Below are positions 1 to 11,995 of a stretch of DNA of 64,000 nt, piece after piece. The notes under the pieces were generated by a model. It worked only from the letters and a program-made list of their open reading frames with translations. It did no database searches and was not told the origin of the DNA. The translations under genes were made by a program, and so were the position numbers. The stretch comes from Felis catus. Lineage: Eukaryota. The DNA lies in assembly GCF_018350175.1 (NCBI RefSeq), contig NC_058383.1, forward strand, positions 23,934,001-23,998,000, read 5' to 3'. Positions within the stretch are counted from its first letter, which is position 1. Each line of letters opens with the position of its first letter.

Positions 1-555
1 ATTCTTTAAAAACCTGTTTAAACCTTCATATCCAATATACATTGTTATAAAAGTTAAAATGTTTTGATAAATCTGGAAAATTGGTCAGTTAGCAACTGAA
101 TTTTGGATAATTGACTTGAGAGTGACACTATATTTCCAGTTGTTGTGAGGTTTAAATAAGATAATACATGTAGCCCTCAGCAGAATTCCTGACACGTTAA
201 TAAATGATGGGTATTTGTTATTATTATAGCCTTTTAGGAAACCTTATGCAAACAGTAATCATGGATCATAGATTGCTATAGCAGGGATGGAATGTATACA
301 TGTACTATGAAAATCTGGTTTTGACATGCAATTTGCAAAAGTATAAACTCAGTCTGTCATTGAAAAAGTGGTCACTCTTAACTATTTCATATCAAATGAA
401 GGTGTAAGGTTTTATGTGCTCACCTCAAGGGCCCATGGATTTTATTTTATTTTTAAATGTTTATTTATTTATTTTGAGAGAGGGAGAGAAAAAGCATGCA
501 TACTGCATTTCTTTGATTACTAGAAAGAGTGAACACTAAAATATATATACTTTTA

Positions 556-777
556 GGGGCACCTGGGTGGCTCAGTCGGTTAAGCGTCTGACTTTGGCTC
601 AGGTCATGATCTCATAGCTCATGAGTTCGAGCCCCTTGTCTGGCTCTGTGCTGACAGCTGGGAGCCTGGAGCCTGCTTCAGATTCTGTGTCTCCCTCTCT
701 CTCTCTGGCCCTCTCCCACTTGTGTGCTCTCTCTCTCTCTCTCTCTCTCTCTCAAAAATAAATAAACATTAAAAAAA
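556..777 (+). mobile_element. CanSINE (feliform SINEC)
   Basis: GGGGCACCTGGGTGGCTCAGTCGGTTAAGCG head, (CT)n tract and A-rich tail. Confidence 0.93.
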
Positions 778-1226
778 TTTTTTTATTATAAAAATAAAAG
801 AATATACTTTCAGTGTTTTGTATGCCATCTTCTATGAATTATTTATTCATCTTCTTTGTCCATTTTTCAATTTTGGTGTTTTGTTTCATATTGATTAGTT
901 AGGCTTCATTATATAGAATATTACCCTTTCTTGTGTATTTTACAAAGGCTATTGTATACCTTTAAAATACAATCCTGGTCTTTTTATTAATAGAGTCTGA
1001 CTTTGCATATATAGACAGAAAAGTCTTCTATTTCTAAGACCACACAGTCAACTTGAATATTTTCCTTTTTTTTTTTTTTTTGACTTCAGTGATTTTAATT
1101 TTTATATTCATTTGCCATCTTATTTTGGTGCATCAATTCATTTCTTCTTTTCTAAATGATAAGTTGACTATCCAAAACAGTTTACTAAATAATCCATTCT
1201 TTCCACTGATTTCCACCCCCCCCCCT

Positions 1227-1418
1227 TTTTTTTCATCTATTTATTTTGAGGGAGAGAGTGTAAGCAGGGGAGGGGCAGGAAGAGGGAGAGAGAATTCCAA
1301 GCAAGCTCCACACTCAGCACAGAGCCTGATGTGGGGCTCCATTTCATGAACTGTGAGATCATAACCTGTGCTGATATCAAGAGTTGGACGCCCAACCAAC
1401 TGAACCATCCATGTGTCC
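1227..1418 (-). mobile_element. CanSINE
   Basis: Reverse-complement SINE body with T-rich tail on the left. Confidence 0.85.
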
Positions 1419-1625
1419 AAAGGGCTCATGGGTTTTAAAAGGCTGAGAAAAATTGGTACGGTCCAGTCTCTTCATTTGAGGAAAGATGCAATCAGGGCTG
1501 GAAGTGGGAGAGGCCCGGTCAAGAACCCAGAGATTTTTATCTGAACAAAGTTACTTTCAGGCTGCTGAAATGAGGAAATTCTTGAGCTCTGGGGTTTTTG
1601 AGAAGATACTGAAAAACATACTTAC

Positions 1626-1703
1626 CCAGAAAGCTTTGATTCAAATTGGTGGATCATCTGGGTGGAGAAGTGTACTTTCCTCATGACATCGCTGCCCTCC
1701 TCC
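1626..1703 (-). CDS. VWA3A: VWA3A coding exon 5 (78 nt)
   Basis: ttcttcag|G acceptor and GG|gtaagt donor. Translates (L)EEGSDVMRKVHFSTQMIHQFESKLSG, matching recalled human VWA3A EEGTNVVQKICFSTQIIRHFESKLSD. Phase agrees with exon 4 (CT|G = Leu). Confidence 0.93.
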
Positions 1704-1798
1704 CTGAAGAAGCAAAGTCTCATGAAGGGGTCTCTCGGGCCCGGGGGCGGGGTGTGTCATTACAGGCTTGGGGGTGAAGGGAGTGGAGCCAGACTTAC

Positions 1799-1923
1799 AG
1801 TACTGTGGTGCCCTGGCTAATCAGGTCAGCCAAGGTGAGCCTCTCAAACTGTAAACTGTGTGTGGAAAGCCAGTCTTCCGGGTCCTCCCAAGCTGAAGGT
1901 TGGGTCTCATCTCCCTGTAGCCT
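1799..1923 (-). CDS. VWA3A: VWA3A coding exon 4 (125 nt)
   Basis: ctcacag|AGG acceptor and CT|gtaagt donor. Translates RLQGDETQPSAWEDPEDWLSTHSLQFERLTLADLISQGTTV(L), part of ORF 1795..2022, matching recalled human RLQGSETQSSDWEDSEDWLSAHSL...LTLADLISQGTEVL. Confidence 0.95.
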
Positions 1924-2191
1924 CTGTGAGACAGAGCCAGAGTCAAACAGAAAACTGGGAGAGAGAGGGCAAGGCTGAGGATGCCCTAGGTTCCCTCCAC
2001 ACGGATGCCCAAGGGTTGCCAACTCTGAACGCAGTCTGTTCGAGAACTCACCTTGCCGAGGGAACTGAGGAATGAGGAGGCCTGTGTCCTAAGCCAGTTG
2101 CTTTGGGAATCCCCATTCTCATCCGTCACCTCATCCCCACTATGTGGGGACAATTCAAGGGTCACTCACCACATGCTGCCTCAAGAGAGAC

Positions 2192-2613
2192 TGAATATAC
2201 AGACAGACGGTGGCTAGACCATATATGACAATACAACTCCGACCCACGACCTCTGTAGCCACCAGTCCATGAAGCCAAACCACAATTGTAGTCACTGGTC
2301 CAGAAGGGTCAGGACTTGGTCAATGACTGCCAGCTTTCCTATTTTTTATCTCACATCCAGCTCAGCACCCACCAGAGAAGGCCGAATATGCCCTCAAAAC
2401 CAATCCTATGAGATGCCTGCCTCCAAATTCCTTAAGCGAACACCTTCCTTCAGGGCACACGTGGAGCTTTCCCCTTTTTCACCATAAAGCTTTCCGGCTC
2501 CCTGCGTTTGAGTCTCTGCCAAACACAAGTGAAGGTGGCTGACTCCCTTGCTAGAGCAAGCTCTAAATAAATTGCCTCTGTTCTCATATGGGTGGTCTTT
2601 GCTTATTTCTACA
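2192..2613 (+). mobile_element. Solo ERV LTR (ERV1-type, MER67-like; family uncertain)
   Basis: TG...CA ends, internal AATAAA near 2567, and a recalled LTR motif GTCAGGACTTGGTCAATGACTGCCAGCTT. Confidence 0.55.
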
Positions 2614-3029
2614 TTTGGATTTTCTGTATCTTCCCAGGTGTATGAATTTTGCCTTCTATCAGTCTGAAGGGTCCTCAACAAACATTTGTTGGCTGATGGG
2701 AGGGAATGGATTTATCCTGTCTAGTCCAGAGAAGACAGGAGCAGCAGGTTAAGTTTTAAATGTAGAATTTCCCCACTATTGTAGGAGTCTGGCCATGAAA
2801 AGGACTCTACCCCTTGCTTATACCTAGTGACATAGTTACATAGTCCTAAGCTCAGGATTTGGGTGGTGGCCTTGGCGGTGGAACCGAAGTTATTCATGGC
2901 AAGCATTCAACACTGGTGATGCTTTCCAGGAACCAGAAGGTAGAGAAAACTGACCGGAGGCTCTGAGCCCATTTGGCCTTGATCAGCCTCTCCTGGAGGT
3001 TGGCATTTCTTCCTCTTCCCGGTGGGTGT

Positions 3030-3460
3030 TCCTGAGCCCTTCTATGCACTAGGCGTGGTCAGTGGTGGTAGGGCTACAGTGTGAACAAGACAGAAATGTT
3101 CTTGCCTTCTTGGAGCTTACATTCTAGAGTGGGCAGGGGGACAGAAGAGAAGAAATGAAATCTATGTATATAATTTCAAAAAGGAATAGTTCTAGTGAGA
3201 AAATGGAGCAGGGGAATGTGATATACAGTGAGTAGAGTAGAGATGGGGAGGTCACTTCAGCTGGGGTGGGGATCAGAGGAGGCCTCTGTGAGCCATCACC
3301 TGGAGGTCAAGAAGGAACCTGCCCTGTGCATGGCTAGGGAACACGCATTCTGGGCAGAGGCAGGGAGTGGGGAAGGAGTCAGAGTGTTTGAAGAGCAGAA
3401 AGGTGGCCACTGTGGTCGGTGTAACATGACACGAGTAGGGGCTGGGTAGGTGTGCAAGGC
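3030..3460 (-). mobile_element. L2 LINE 3' fragment
   Basis: GTGAACAAGACAGA...GGAGCTTACATTCTAG motif typical of antisense L2. Confidence 0.7.
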
Positions 3461-4020
3461 CTGGTTCAGGCCGGGCTTCCAGTGCAATCACTGTTGTTTG
3501 TGTGATACACCTAGGATGTAAATGTTGCCAGAATTGGTCATGACTCACTCGGTGTGGAACAGCATCATAAGGGAGGCCGGCTCAGTCCCACTATGACAGA
3601 AACTGCCATGCAGCATCTGATGACTGGGGAGTAGGTCTACACACTGTTTATCCAACCAAGACCCCCATCTACATTCAAAAATGGCTGCGCCCATCTCCCG
3701 GGCACTTGCTTGAACCCTAAGTTATTGCTGCTTGGGTTGTATTTGTCAGGGCTTTCATTGTACTGGGTGAGGTGGAGGACAGGAGGTTGAAAATTCTGTG
3801 GATAGCTGATTGAGCTCCACTAGGCAGAGTGGAAGACACAGGAAGAGGAAAGTCTAAAGAAGAGCAGGAGAGGAGAGAATGCAGTATGTGGGGTTCTCCA
3901 TCCACTTGCTTTGTGATGCTGACCCAGTGAGTGCGGCTCTTTTCTCACCTGGGACACAGACATGTGAAGCTACGGCAGCACCCAGCTGTGCATGTTGCTG
4001 CATTAACAGATCTCGACAAT

Positions 4021-4225
4021 GGGGCACCCGGGTGGCTCAGTCTGTTAAAAGTCTGACTCCTGATTTTGGCTCAAGTCATGATTTCATAGTTGTGCATCGG
4101 GCTCAGTGTGGAGCCTGCTTGGGATTCTCTCTCCCCCTCCCTGCCCCTCGCCCACTTGTGCTCCTCCCATGCTCTCTTTCAAAATAAATAAATAAAACTT
4201 AAAAAACAACAACCTTAAAAAAAAA
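4021..4225 (+). mobile_element. CanSINE
   Basis: SINE head, CT-rich segment and A tail. Confidence 0.9.
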
Positions 4226-4370
4226 CAACCCAAACCAGATCTGAACAATGATCCTTATTTCCCCCCTCAATGAAAATGAAATGTTATTATATTCCAGCTA
4301 GATAGCATTGTATGCCCTCAGTTCTGTGCCTGAAGCCTACTCACTGCCCTGTTTCTAAAGGAAATTAGCA

Positions 4371-4371
4371 A

Positions 4372-4459
<88 letters not shown>

Positions 4460-4482
4460 AAAAAAGAAAGAAAGAAAGAAAA
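4371..4482 (+). repeat. (AAAG)n tetranucleotide microsatellite
   Basis: More than 20 near-perfect AAAG units. Confidence 0.97.
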
Positions 4483-4640
4483 GAAATTAGCAAGTGTTAA
4501 AGAAGTGTGAACAACACTAAGAGCAAACACTTGAATAGCACTTATTATGTGTCAAGCACTGTTCACACATTAACTCATTTAATTCTACAAAGGTGTTACT
4601 GTCATTACCCCATTTTACTGACAAGAAAACTGAGGCACAT

Positions 4641-4870
4641 GGGGCACCTGGATGGCTCAGTCGGTTGAGTGTCCAACTTCAACTCAGGTCATGATCTCAT
4701 GGCTCCTGGGTTCAAGCCCCGCGTCTAGCTCGTTGCTGACAGCTCAGGGCCTGGAGCCTGCTTCAGATTCTGTGTCTCCCTCTCTCTCTGCCCCTCCCCT
4801 GCTCACGCTCTATCTCTCTCTCTCAAAAATAAGTAAACATTAAACATTTTTTTAAAAAATTAAAAAGAAA
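4641..4870 (+). mobile_element. CanSINE inserted in a MIR (MIR ~4520-4970)
   Basis: AAGAAAACTGAGGCACA duplicated on both sides; this is the MIR core motif serving as TSD. Confidence 0.9.
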
Positions 4871-6179
4871 GAAAACTGAGGCACAGAGAATTTAAATAGT
4901 TTTCCCAAAGTCACACAAGCTGGTATGTGGCACAGCTGAGATGCAAACCCAAGCTCAAGTTAGCTCCAAACTGTGACTATTCTAATAAAGGATTGAGGGA
5001 GAACTGATCAAAAGGTAAATTTCTCGTGTGATTTTATGCTAATTAAGTCCTGCTCTTGAACAGCATCAACTAAAATCATGGTCCCCTCCATCTCACATTT
5101 AGGGAAACCCTGCTTTACATAGTATGAACACTAGATGTCACTCTCTTCATCTTTCAGGACTCAACTTGACTCCCTGGTTGAGGACTCCGTGCATGGTGGA
5201 TTGAGAATTTACCTTTCTTCTATTTCACTTGAATTTGAAATAAAATATCATATTTTGGGGCATGGATTTTGTATCATTAATATTTGAAGGTCCACCATTA
5301 ACACATAGACATTATAGATTTTGATGGTAGGGCATACTGATCGTATTAATAAGGTATGTGCTTTACACAGAGAGTTGTAAGCTCTTTACGTTGGGGTGAT
5401 CCTTTCCATCTTTCCCACTGCTATTCATTTGTGAGGTATAGGAGGTCCCAGCTGTGGCTGATAATTGTATGAGTGGCCCTTGTACACCTGGGAAGTCATG
5501 TATTTGACATGAAATTAGATGAAGCAAAGACCCATATTATCAACATCTGAAGTCATTGAAAGAATCCCCCAGAATCTCAAGACTCTACTGACATTTCCTC
5601 ATATTCTTTTCATTAAAATTGCTTTCCTATTAGTGACAATACTTGAGAAAAGTAAAATAGGACCATTTTCCTGATTGTTTAATTGCCAGCCTTAAAACTG
5701 TATTGTTTTTGGACTGATTATCGTTTCAAAGGTATCATCTTTAAACTCTTGTGTAGATGAGGTCGATGATTATAGGCCAGGCTTGTACCTAACAACTCCT
5801 GATCACAATAGTTTCTGTAGTAGAGTGAATTCTGAGTTCTAGACACTCTAGCCACCATTGTGGGAAAATAGTTCATTGACATGAACTAAAACTTAAAAGT
5901 CAGTCTAAAACCACAGTTCTGGTTATTCTAGAAGTTAATTCTCCTGCCATAATGCTCTTGCTCTGATAGCACTTCTGAAATGGATTTTTGGACCTAGGTT
6001 TTAGGGAATCCTCACAGAAAGACAAATCTTAGAAAGGGGAATTTTAGAATTACATTCCTTAGTCTTCAGGCTTTGATAATATAGACAATCTTCATATACT
6101 CCTGAATATTTAATGATATGGCCAAAAAGGCTATAGAATTTGCATAAAAGCATAGATATGCCTGTCATTTCTAAAGGCA

Positions 6180-6378
6180 GAGGATGGGTTAGATGGTTAA
6201 GCATCTGTCTCTTGCTTTCGGTTCAGATCATGATCTCAGGGTTGCAGGATCGAGCCCTGCATTGGGCTCCATGCTGGGTGTGGAGCCTGCTTGAGAATCT
6301 CTATCTCTTTCTCTCTCTCTCTCTCCCTCTCTCTCTCCCCCTTTCCTTTACCCCTCCCTCCCCCCACTTGCACTCTCA

Positions 6379-6409
<31 letters not shown>

Positions 6410-6420
6410 ACAAATAAATA
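6180..6420 (+). mobile_element. Diverged CanSINE with (TAAA)n tail
   Basis: SINE body and TAAAGGCAGAGG flanking duplication. Confidence 0.8.
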
Positions 6421-6559
6421 AAGGCAGAGGATTAGAGATGAATGCTTAACTAATCTTTTTAACCCCAAGATCATATGTGAAGAAAGAAATAACACATTCT
6501 GCATTCCCTGACTATGACTTGTAAGCACTGTGACTCACTTAAAGGACTATGGTTTTTAC

Positions 6560-6683
6560 CAGTAAATCCTGTGTCTGGTTAACATGTGTAACCAGTAGTC
6601 CATTGTCTGGATTTTGGCTGAGTCCATGGATATCCTTCTGGTCCAAGTGCTTCTTTGAATCTCTGTCATTGTTTCTCCTTACA
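6560..6683 (-). CDS. VWA3A: VWA3A coding exon 3 (124 nt)
   Basis: ttttgtag|T acceptor and CTG|gtaaaa donor. Translates (C)VRRNNDRDSKKHLDQKDIHGLSQNPDNGLLVTHVNQTQDLL; the DNGLLVTHVNQTQDLL stretch is as in recalled human VWA3A. Confidence 0.93.
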
Positions 6684-7002
6684 CTACAAAACACACAGTG
6701 AGCGATTGATCAATGTCCCAGCACTAGACATTGACTCCACATTGTCAGGTTCTCCAGAGACATTTTTATTTCCCTATGGTAAATGGGAAGGGTTCCTGCA
6801 GAGTCCTGATAAGAGGTGGGCTCCAGGTTCATAAGACATTTTATTCTATGGTTCTGGTAGTGAGAAAACTGAAGCCCTTGGGCATAAGATGATGCCATGA
6901 CCATTTATCCAGTCTTGCTTCAAGACAAGTATTCCCCCATCGACTGTCTTGAACAAAATGTTGTTATTATTGTTTTCATTTGAAAAAATCAAAGATCCTT
7001 AC

Positions 7003-7090
7003 CAGTGGTTTTCCAGAAACTTATCATCTTGACCATGGAAGACATGACTAGTATCTGTAGCCATTATAAAAACACCCAACACTTATTTTC
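7003..7090 (-). CDS. VWA3A: VWA3A exon 2 (88 nt); the conserved frame opens at ATG 7064-7062 (MATDTSHVFHGQDDKFLENH(C))
   Basis: ttttctctctag|G acceptor and TG|gtaagg donor. The 5' part reads KISVGCF in the exon-1 frame and the 3' part reads MATDTSHVFHGQ in a different frame (recalled human: KISIGCFAMATQTSHVFHGQ). Confidence 0.9.
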
Positions 7091-7271
7091 CTAGAGAGAA
7101 AACAGAATACCAGAAAAGAGAAAGATAAATGCAGCATAGAGATAACAGCCTTGGGGTGTCTATAGTCAACTCAATTCTCCTGTCATTCATCCATTTAATA
7201 AGTGCTTATTGAACACCTCCTAGGTATCAGGCTTTGTGTGCTAGGTGCTGAGGATATGGTGAACAAGGTAA

Positions 7272-7807
7272 CAGCGGCTTCTCAACTTTAGCACTGTTGA
7301 CATTTTGGACAGGGTCATTCTTGGTTGTGAGGCTGTGGGATGCTGCTAAGCCTCGACCCACTAGATGCCAAAAGCATTCTTGCCTCCCGAATTGTGACAA
7401 CCAAAATGTCTCTATGGAGCACCTGGCTGACTCTGTTGGAGGGGCATGTGACTCTTGATCTCAGGGTCATGAGTTCGAGCCCCATGTTGGGTGTAGAGAT
7501 TACTTCAATAAATAAAACTTAAAAAAAAATGTCCCAAGGGGTGCCTGAGTGGCTCAGTGGTTGAGCATCCAACTTTGGCTCAGGTCATGATTTCACAGTT
7601 CATGAGTTTCAGCCCTGCATCTGGGCTGTCCGCTCTCAGTGCGGAGCCTGCTTTGGATCCTCTTTTCCCAACCCCCACCCCCACCTCTGTTCCTACCCTG
7701 CTCATGCTGTCTCTCAAAAAGTAAATAAACTTAAAAAAAAAAAAAGTCTCTAGGCATGGCCTAACGTCTCCTGGAGGAGCACAGTTGTCCCCAGTTGAGA
7801 ACCACTG
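7272..7807 (+). mobile_element. MER20-like hAT DNA transposon interrupted by two CanSINEs (7416-7530, 7538-7745)
   Basis: Terminal inverted repeats CAGCGGCTTCTCAAC...GTTGAGAACCACTG and internal TTGTGACAACCAAAATGTCTC motif. Confidence 0.8.
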
Positions 7808-7882
7808 AGTAGATATCTGTCTTTGCCTCAGAGAGCTTACATTCTAGAGGGGGAGACAGATGTTAAAAAATTAAATATAGAC

Positions 7883-8097
7883 GGGGCACCTGGGTGGCTC
7901 AGTCAGTTAAGCTTCTGACTTGGCTTAGGTTATGATCTCGCGATTCGTGAATTCAAGCTCCACGTCAGGCTCTGTGCTGACATCTCGGAACCTGGAACCT
8001 GTTTCAGATTCTGTGTCTCCCTCTCTCTCTGCCTCTCCCCTGCTCACGCTCTGTCTCTGTCTCTCAAAAATAAACATTAAGATTTTTTTTTTTAAAT
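7883..8097 (+). mobile_element. CanSINE
   Basis: Full head, body and tail. Confidence 0.9.
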
Positions 8098-8539
8098 TAG
8101 AGTATACAGGAATTGTGGCAAGTGCTAGGAAGGATGTGAACAGGATGATATGATGGAGACTAATCAGGCAAGGGATCTATTTTTGGATAGCTAAGGTCCT
8201 CAGTGGCCATGTAAAGAGCATGGTGAGGGCTGAACTGGGTGGAGAGGGCAATGAGTGACCATAAGGACTTTAAGAAGAGAGAGATGAGGGGCAAATACTG
8301 AGATGAGACTGAGTTCTTTCCTTTGCGAACTCCATCCACACTCAAAGAGGTGACCCTGCAGCCTTCTCCTCACAGCTGATCAGCAAGTCAGCAGTGGACA
8401 GGAACAAGATGGATCCATCAGATCCTCCCTGGGAATTCGGAATTACGAGCTATGGGGCCACCATGTACATTTAGAAGCAGGAAAAGCCTGTCTTCAGATC
8501 AAGAGTAGTGAGTGGTCATCCCCGCCTTGGTTTCCCCAG

Positions 8540-9710
8540 GGCTATTTTCTCCTGCCTTCTTCCTTCTCTGCCGGCTCCTTCCTGGTCTCCCTTCCAGGCT
8601 CGCTCTCCTCTACCTGAGCAGTTAAAGTGGTTTAGGTCGGTGTTCCTTGAGGCTAAATTGTACACTCTTCCCTTCTCTATCTGCTTTTCCTAGGTGGTCT
8701 TACCCTTCCTTGCCCATGGCTTCAACTACCACCTACATACATCAATGACTCCCAAAATATATGTCAAAAATCCAGACCTCCCACTCTGACTGCAGACCCG
8801 TGTATTCATTGACACTGGATATTTCCTCCTGAAGTACCTCAAACTCAACGTGTCCAAGACTGAATTCACTTATTCCCTACAGACCAATTGTCTTTTCATT
8901 GTTCTCCAGCTGAGAGAACACAGCCACTCTCCGTCTATTCACATGGGTCAGAAACCTAGGAATTACTCCTGACACCTCATTCCCCATATCCAATCCATCA
9001 CCTAATCTTGTTAACTTTCCTTCTCTCAAATCTCTCCACTTATCTGTCTCCAGTGACATTCGGTATCCAGGTCACTGTCATCTCTGCCACAGACAACTGC
9101 AGTAGACCCTCACTGGCCTCCCTAAATCCCCTCAGATGCCCCCTCCAGACCCCCATCCTGTCTGTTCTCACTGCAGTCAGAGTGAGCTTTTAAAAACACA
9201 AATCGAATGTCATACGCCCTCTTCTCCCTAAGGCTTCCCTTCATTTCTAGGGTGAAGGTCCTCAAGATGGCATTTGAAGTCTTGCATGATCTGGCTGCTG
9301 CCCACCTGTACCTCTCCAGCTTTCCCACTTTATTCCTGCTCCCTGCCCCCCTTCTGTGCTCCACAACTCCTCCCTTCAGTTCCTAGAATGGTATACATTT
9401 CCTTTAACCCCAGGGCCTTTTCAGGTGCTGTCTTTGCTCTGGAGCATTCTACCTCCTCCTCACCTCCCCCACTCATTCTTGGTATTGCAGCATAAGTGTC
9501 AATTCCTCTGGGAAGTCTTCACCTTCCCACTTTATTTCCAGTTTCTCTGTGTTATCTAAACTTTCATAGATCTGTGCTTTCTTTTGGAATACTTTATTTT
9601 TAATTTAGAACGATACATCCATTGGTGTGATTTTTTAAAATTGTGGTGTCTCTCTCCCATTAGACTGTAAGTTACATGAGAGTGGGGACTGGCTAGCAAT
9701 AAATATTTGG
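8540..9710 (+). mobile_element. L2 LINE 3' region (degraded)
   Basis: Pyrimidine-rich L2 motifs such as CCCATGGCTTCAACTACCACCTA and CCTCAAACTCAACGTGTCCAAGACTGAATTCA, ending near AATAAATATTT. Confidence 0.75.
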
Positions 9711-11021
9711 GGGAGGGGAGGTGAAGGGAGAGGAGGAGGTCAAGAAACTGCCTTGGTTCTGGAACTTCTAAATGGTAATCCCAGGCACCTGTGACAGCTG
9801 CCTTCCCCTTCTGCTCTTGGCTTCCATGAAAAACCCCGTTCCTTATAATTCCCGATATTTCTGCTGAAGCTAGCTCCTTTAGGTGTCTGTTACTTGCAAC
9901 CAAAAAAACATTGGCCAAGGCACAGCAAGTGAGAAACTCCAAATGGAGTTGCAGCTTGAAAAATAAAAGCGTGTGTTCTTATGAAATCATTAAACAAAAT
10001 AGCCTAATGATGGTTCGGCAACTTGCTTTTCTCTCTGGGGTTTTTAATCTTTTATTGAGAGGATGCTTTGTCATCTGGGAAGCACCAAGATAATGTGGCA
10101 GTGTTAATGCTAAAAAATGTTTAAAAAACAACTGGCTTTCCTTCAGTACGCCTGGCTGAGAGACCAGTGGCAGGGACTGTTGAAATAGAAATGCCTTGCG
10201 AACACTGGACGCCCCACAGTGCTCCGGTTCCTTCTTTTCAGTGAATGATTAACAATCATGAACTCAGAGGCCTACTTGAGGATGGGATTCTAGGGCGATC
10301 GATGTGGTCACTGATGGAGGAGGGTGTGGTGTTTCAGAAAGCACCAGAACTTGGGTTTCTTCAATCTGCTGAATGGAATGGGGTTACTGTTAACTGCTTG
10401 GCCTGCTTCAACTCAATTGTCAAGGGGTCAAAGGAAATTGAGAATATCAGAGAGCTTTGTAAATACAGAGTACTATAGAAATGTAGAACAGCATCAGAAT
10501 AACATACTCCTTCTTCAAGCACTTCAGCATAAAGTGATCATTCATTCCACGAATGTTTTTAGGGTGTTTGCGGGGATGCCAGAAAGAGCTGGTACTGGGG
10601 AGGCAGAGAGAACTGGACACAGACAGCCCTTACCCTCAGGTCTTTGCTCAAATGAAACCCAGTTAGAGACGGCTCTTTTGATTAGCCCATCTCAAAGAGT
10701 ACCCCCTCCACCCTGCCTTGTTTTCTCCAGAGCCTGTTTTGTTTTATAATCTGACAAGCTCCAAATTTGCTTATTACTGTTTGCCCCCGCCCATCAACCC
10801 ACTAAAAGATCCACGAGGGCAGGGACTTAGTTACGTTCATTTCTATTAGACTTTCACCTAATTAGTGCCTAGAACATAGTAGCTGCTCAAAAAAAAAACA
10901 TTTGACTAAATGCACTCAGGGCAGGTCCAGAGTTCAGACAAAGGTGGGTCACATTACCCTGGGGGACCAGGCTCAGGTGGGGAAGAGAATATGGAAGCTG
11001 GCCCTTAGAAGATGGCGTTGT

Positions 11022-11242
11022 GGGGCGCCTGGGTGGCTCAGTCGGTTAAGCGTCCGACTTCGGCTGGGATCACCATCTCGCGGTCCGTGAGTTCGAGCCC
11101 CGCGTCGGGCTCTGGGCTGATGGCTCAGAGCCTGGAGCCTGTTTCCGATTCTGTGTCTCCCTCTCTCTCTGCCCCTCCCCCGTTCATGCTCTGTCTCTCT
11201 CTGTCCCAAAAATAAACGTTAAAAAAAAAAAAAAAAAAAAAA
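11022..11242 (+). mobile_element. Young SINEC_Fc-type CanSINE
   Basis: CpG-rich body, pure poly(A) of ~22 nt and perfect TSD AAGATGGCGTTGT (11009-11021, 11241-11253). Confidence 0.96.
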
Positions 11243-11981
11243 GATGGCGTTGTGGGCAAAAGGAGATAGCTCTGGTGAGTGGATAAAAGAAAAGCTCCCC
11301 CTAACTTCCCGGTTTGCTAATAGCTGGACTCTCCTAAACATCCAGAAGAAACCATCCCCAGGGTTTGTATTTTGAATGGCCAAATAACTGAAGTCTTGCC
11401 CCCATCCAATGCATTTTACATTCTACTGACAATGATTTTTCCGACGTGCAGTTGTTCACCTGTTTAGAAACTGCCATGGCGCCTGTGGATAATCAAGCTG
11501 AACCTTCTTTGCAAGGTTTACTTTCCCTCAGGACCTGTTCTTACCTCTCCACATCATCTCTTACCCTTCTATGGCCTCTGGCAACCCCTACTTACATACA
11601 CCTTGCTGTTGCATACCCTTCTTAGCTCCAGTTGGATCTACTTCTAGAAACGCCCTTTGCCCTTTTTGACAAGAAACCCAGCAAGTCTTTCCTGAACCCC
11701 ATTTGCTGCCTTCCAGGCCCCAGGAAGGAAATCATTTCCTCCCGTTGCCACCCGCCTGGGGCTGCCTCATACCAAGTTGTCACCGTCCTTCTCCCAAGCA
11801 GCCTGACTCCTTCCTTGTCCACTGTTGCACCTCCAGCACCTGGAACAGTGCCTGGTTTGCAGGGAGCGGAGGCCTAAGGGCCCAGGCTCCCTAAAGGTTT
11901 CTCACTCGGTTCTGAGCTTAGCGTCTGAATGTGCCTCACCCTCTCTTGCCACCCTGCCAACCCTGTGACACTCACCCTCAC

Positions 11982-11995
11982 CTGCATTTCTTCAT
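11982..11995 (-). CDS. VWA3A: VWA3A exon 1 coding portion, ancestral start ATG AAG AAA TGC AG (MKKC(R))
   Basis: Followed by a gtgagg donor; matches the recalled human N-terminus MKKYR. As assembled it is out of frame with the downstream exons. Confidence 0.85.

Noticed and set aside
556..640. tRNA-like A/B boxes in many places
   Set aside because: They are the tRNA-derived heads of CanSINEs, not tRNA genes.
4318..4530. ORF with (SFFL)n resembling a transmembrane protein
   Set aside because: Translation of the (AAAG)n microsatellite.
1626..11995. Calling VWA3A a pseudogene
   Set aside because: Exons 3-5 have open frames and canonical splice sites, and a strong in-frame ATG follows the frameshift; the remaining exons are outside the window.
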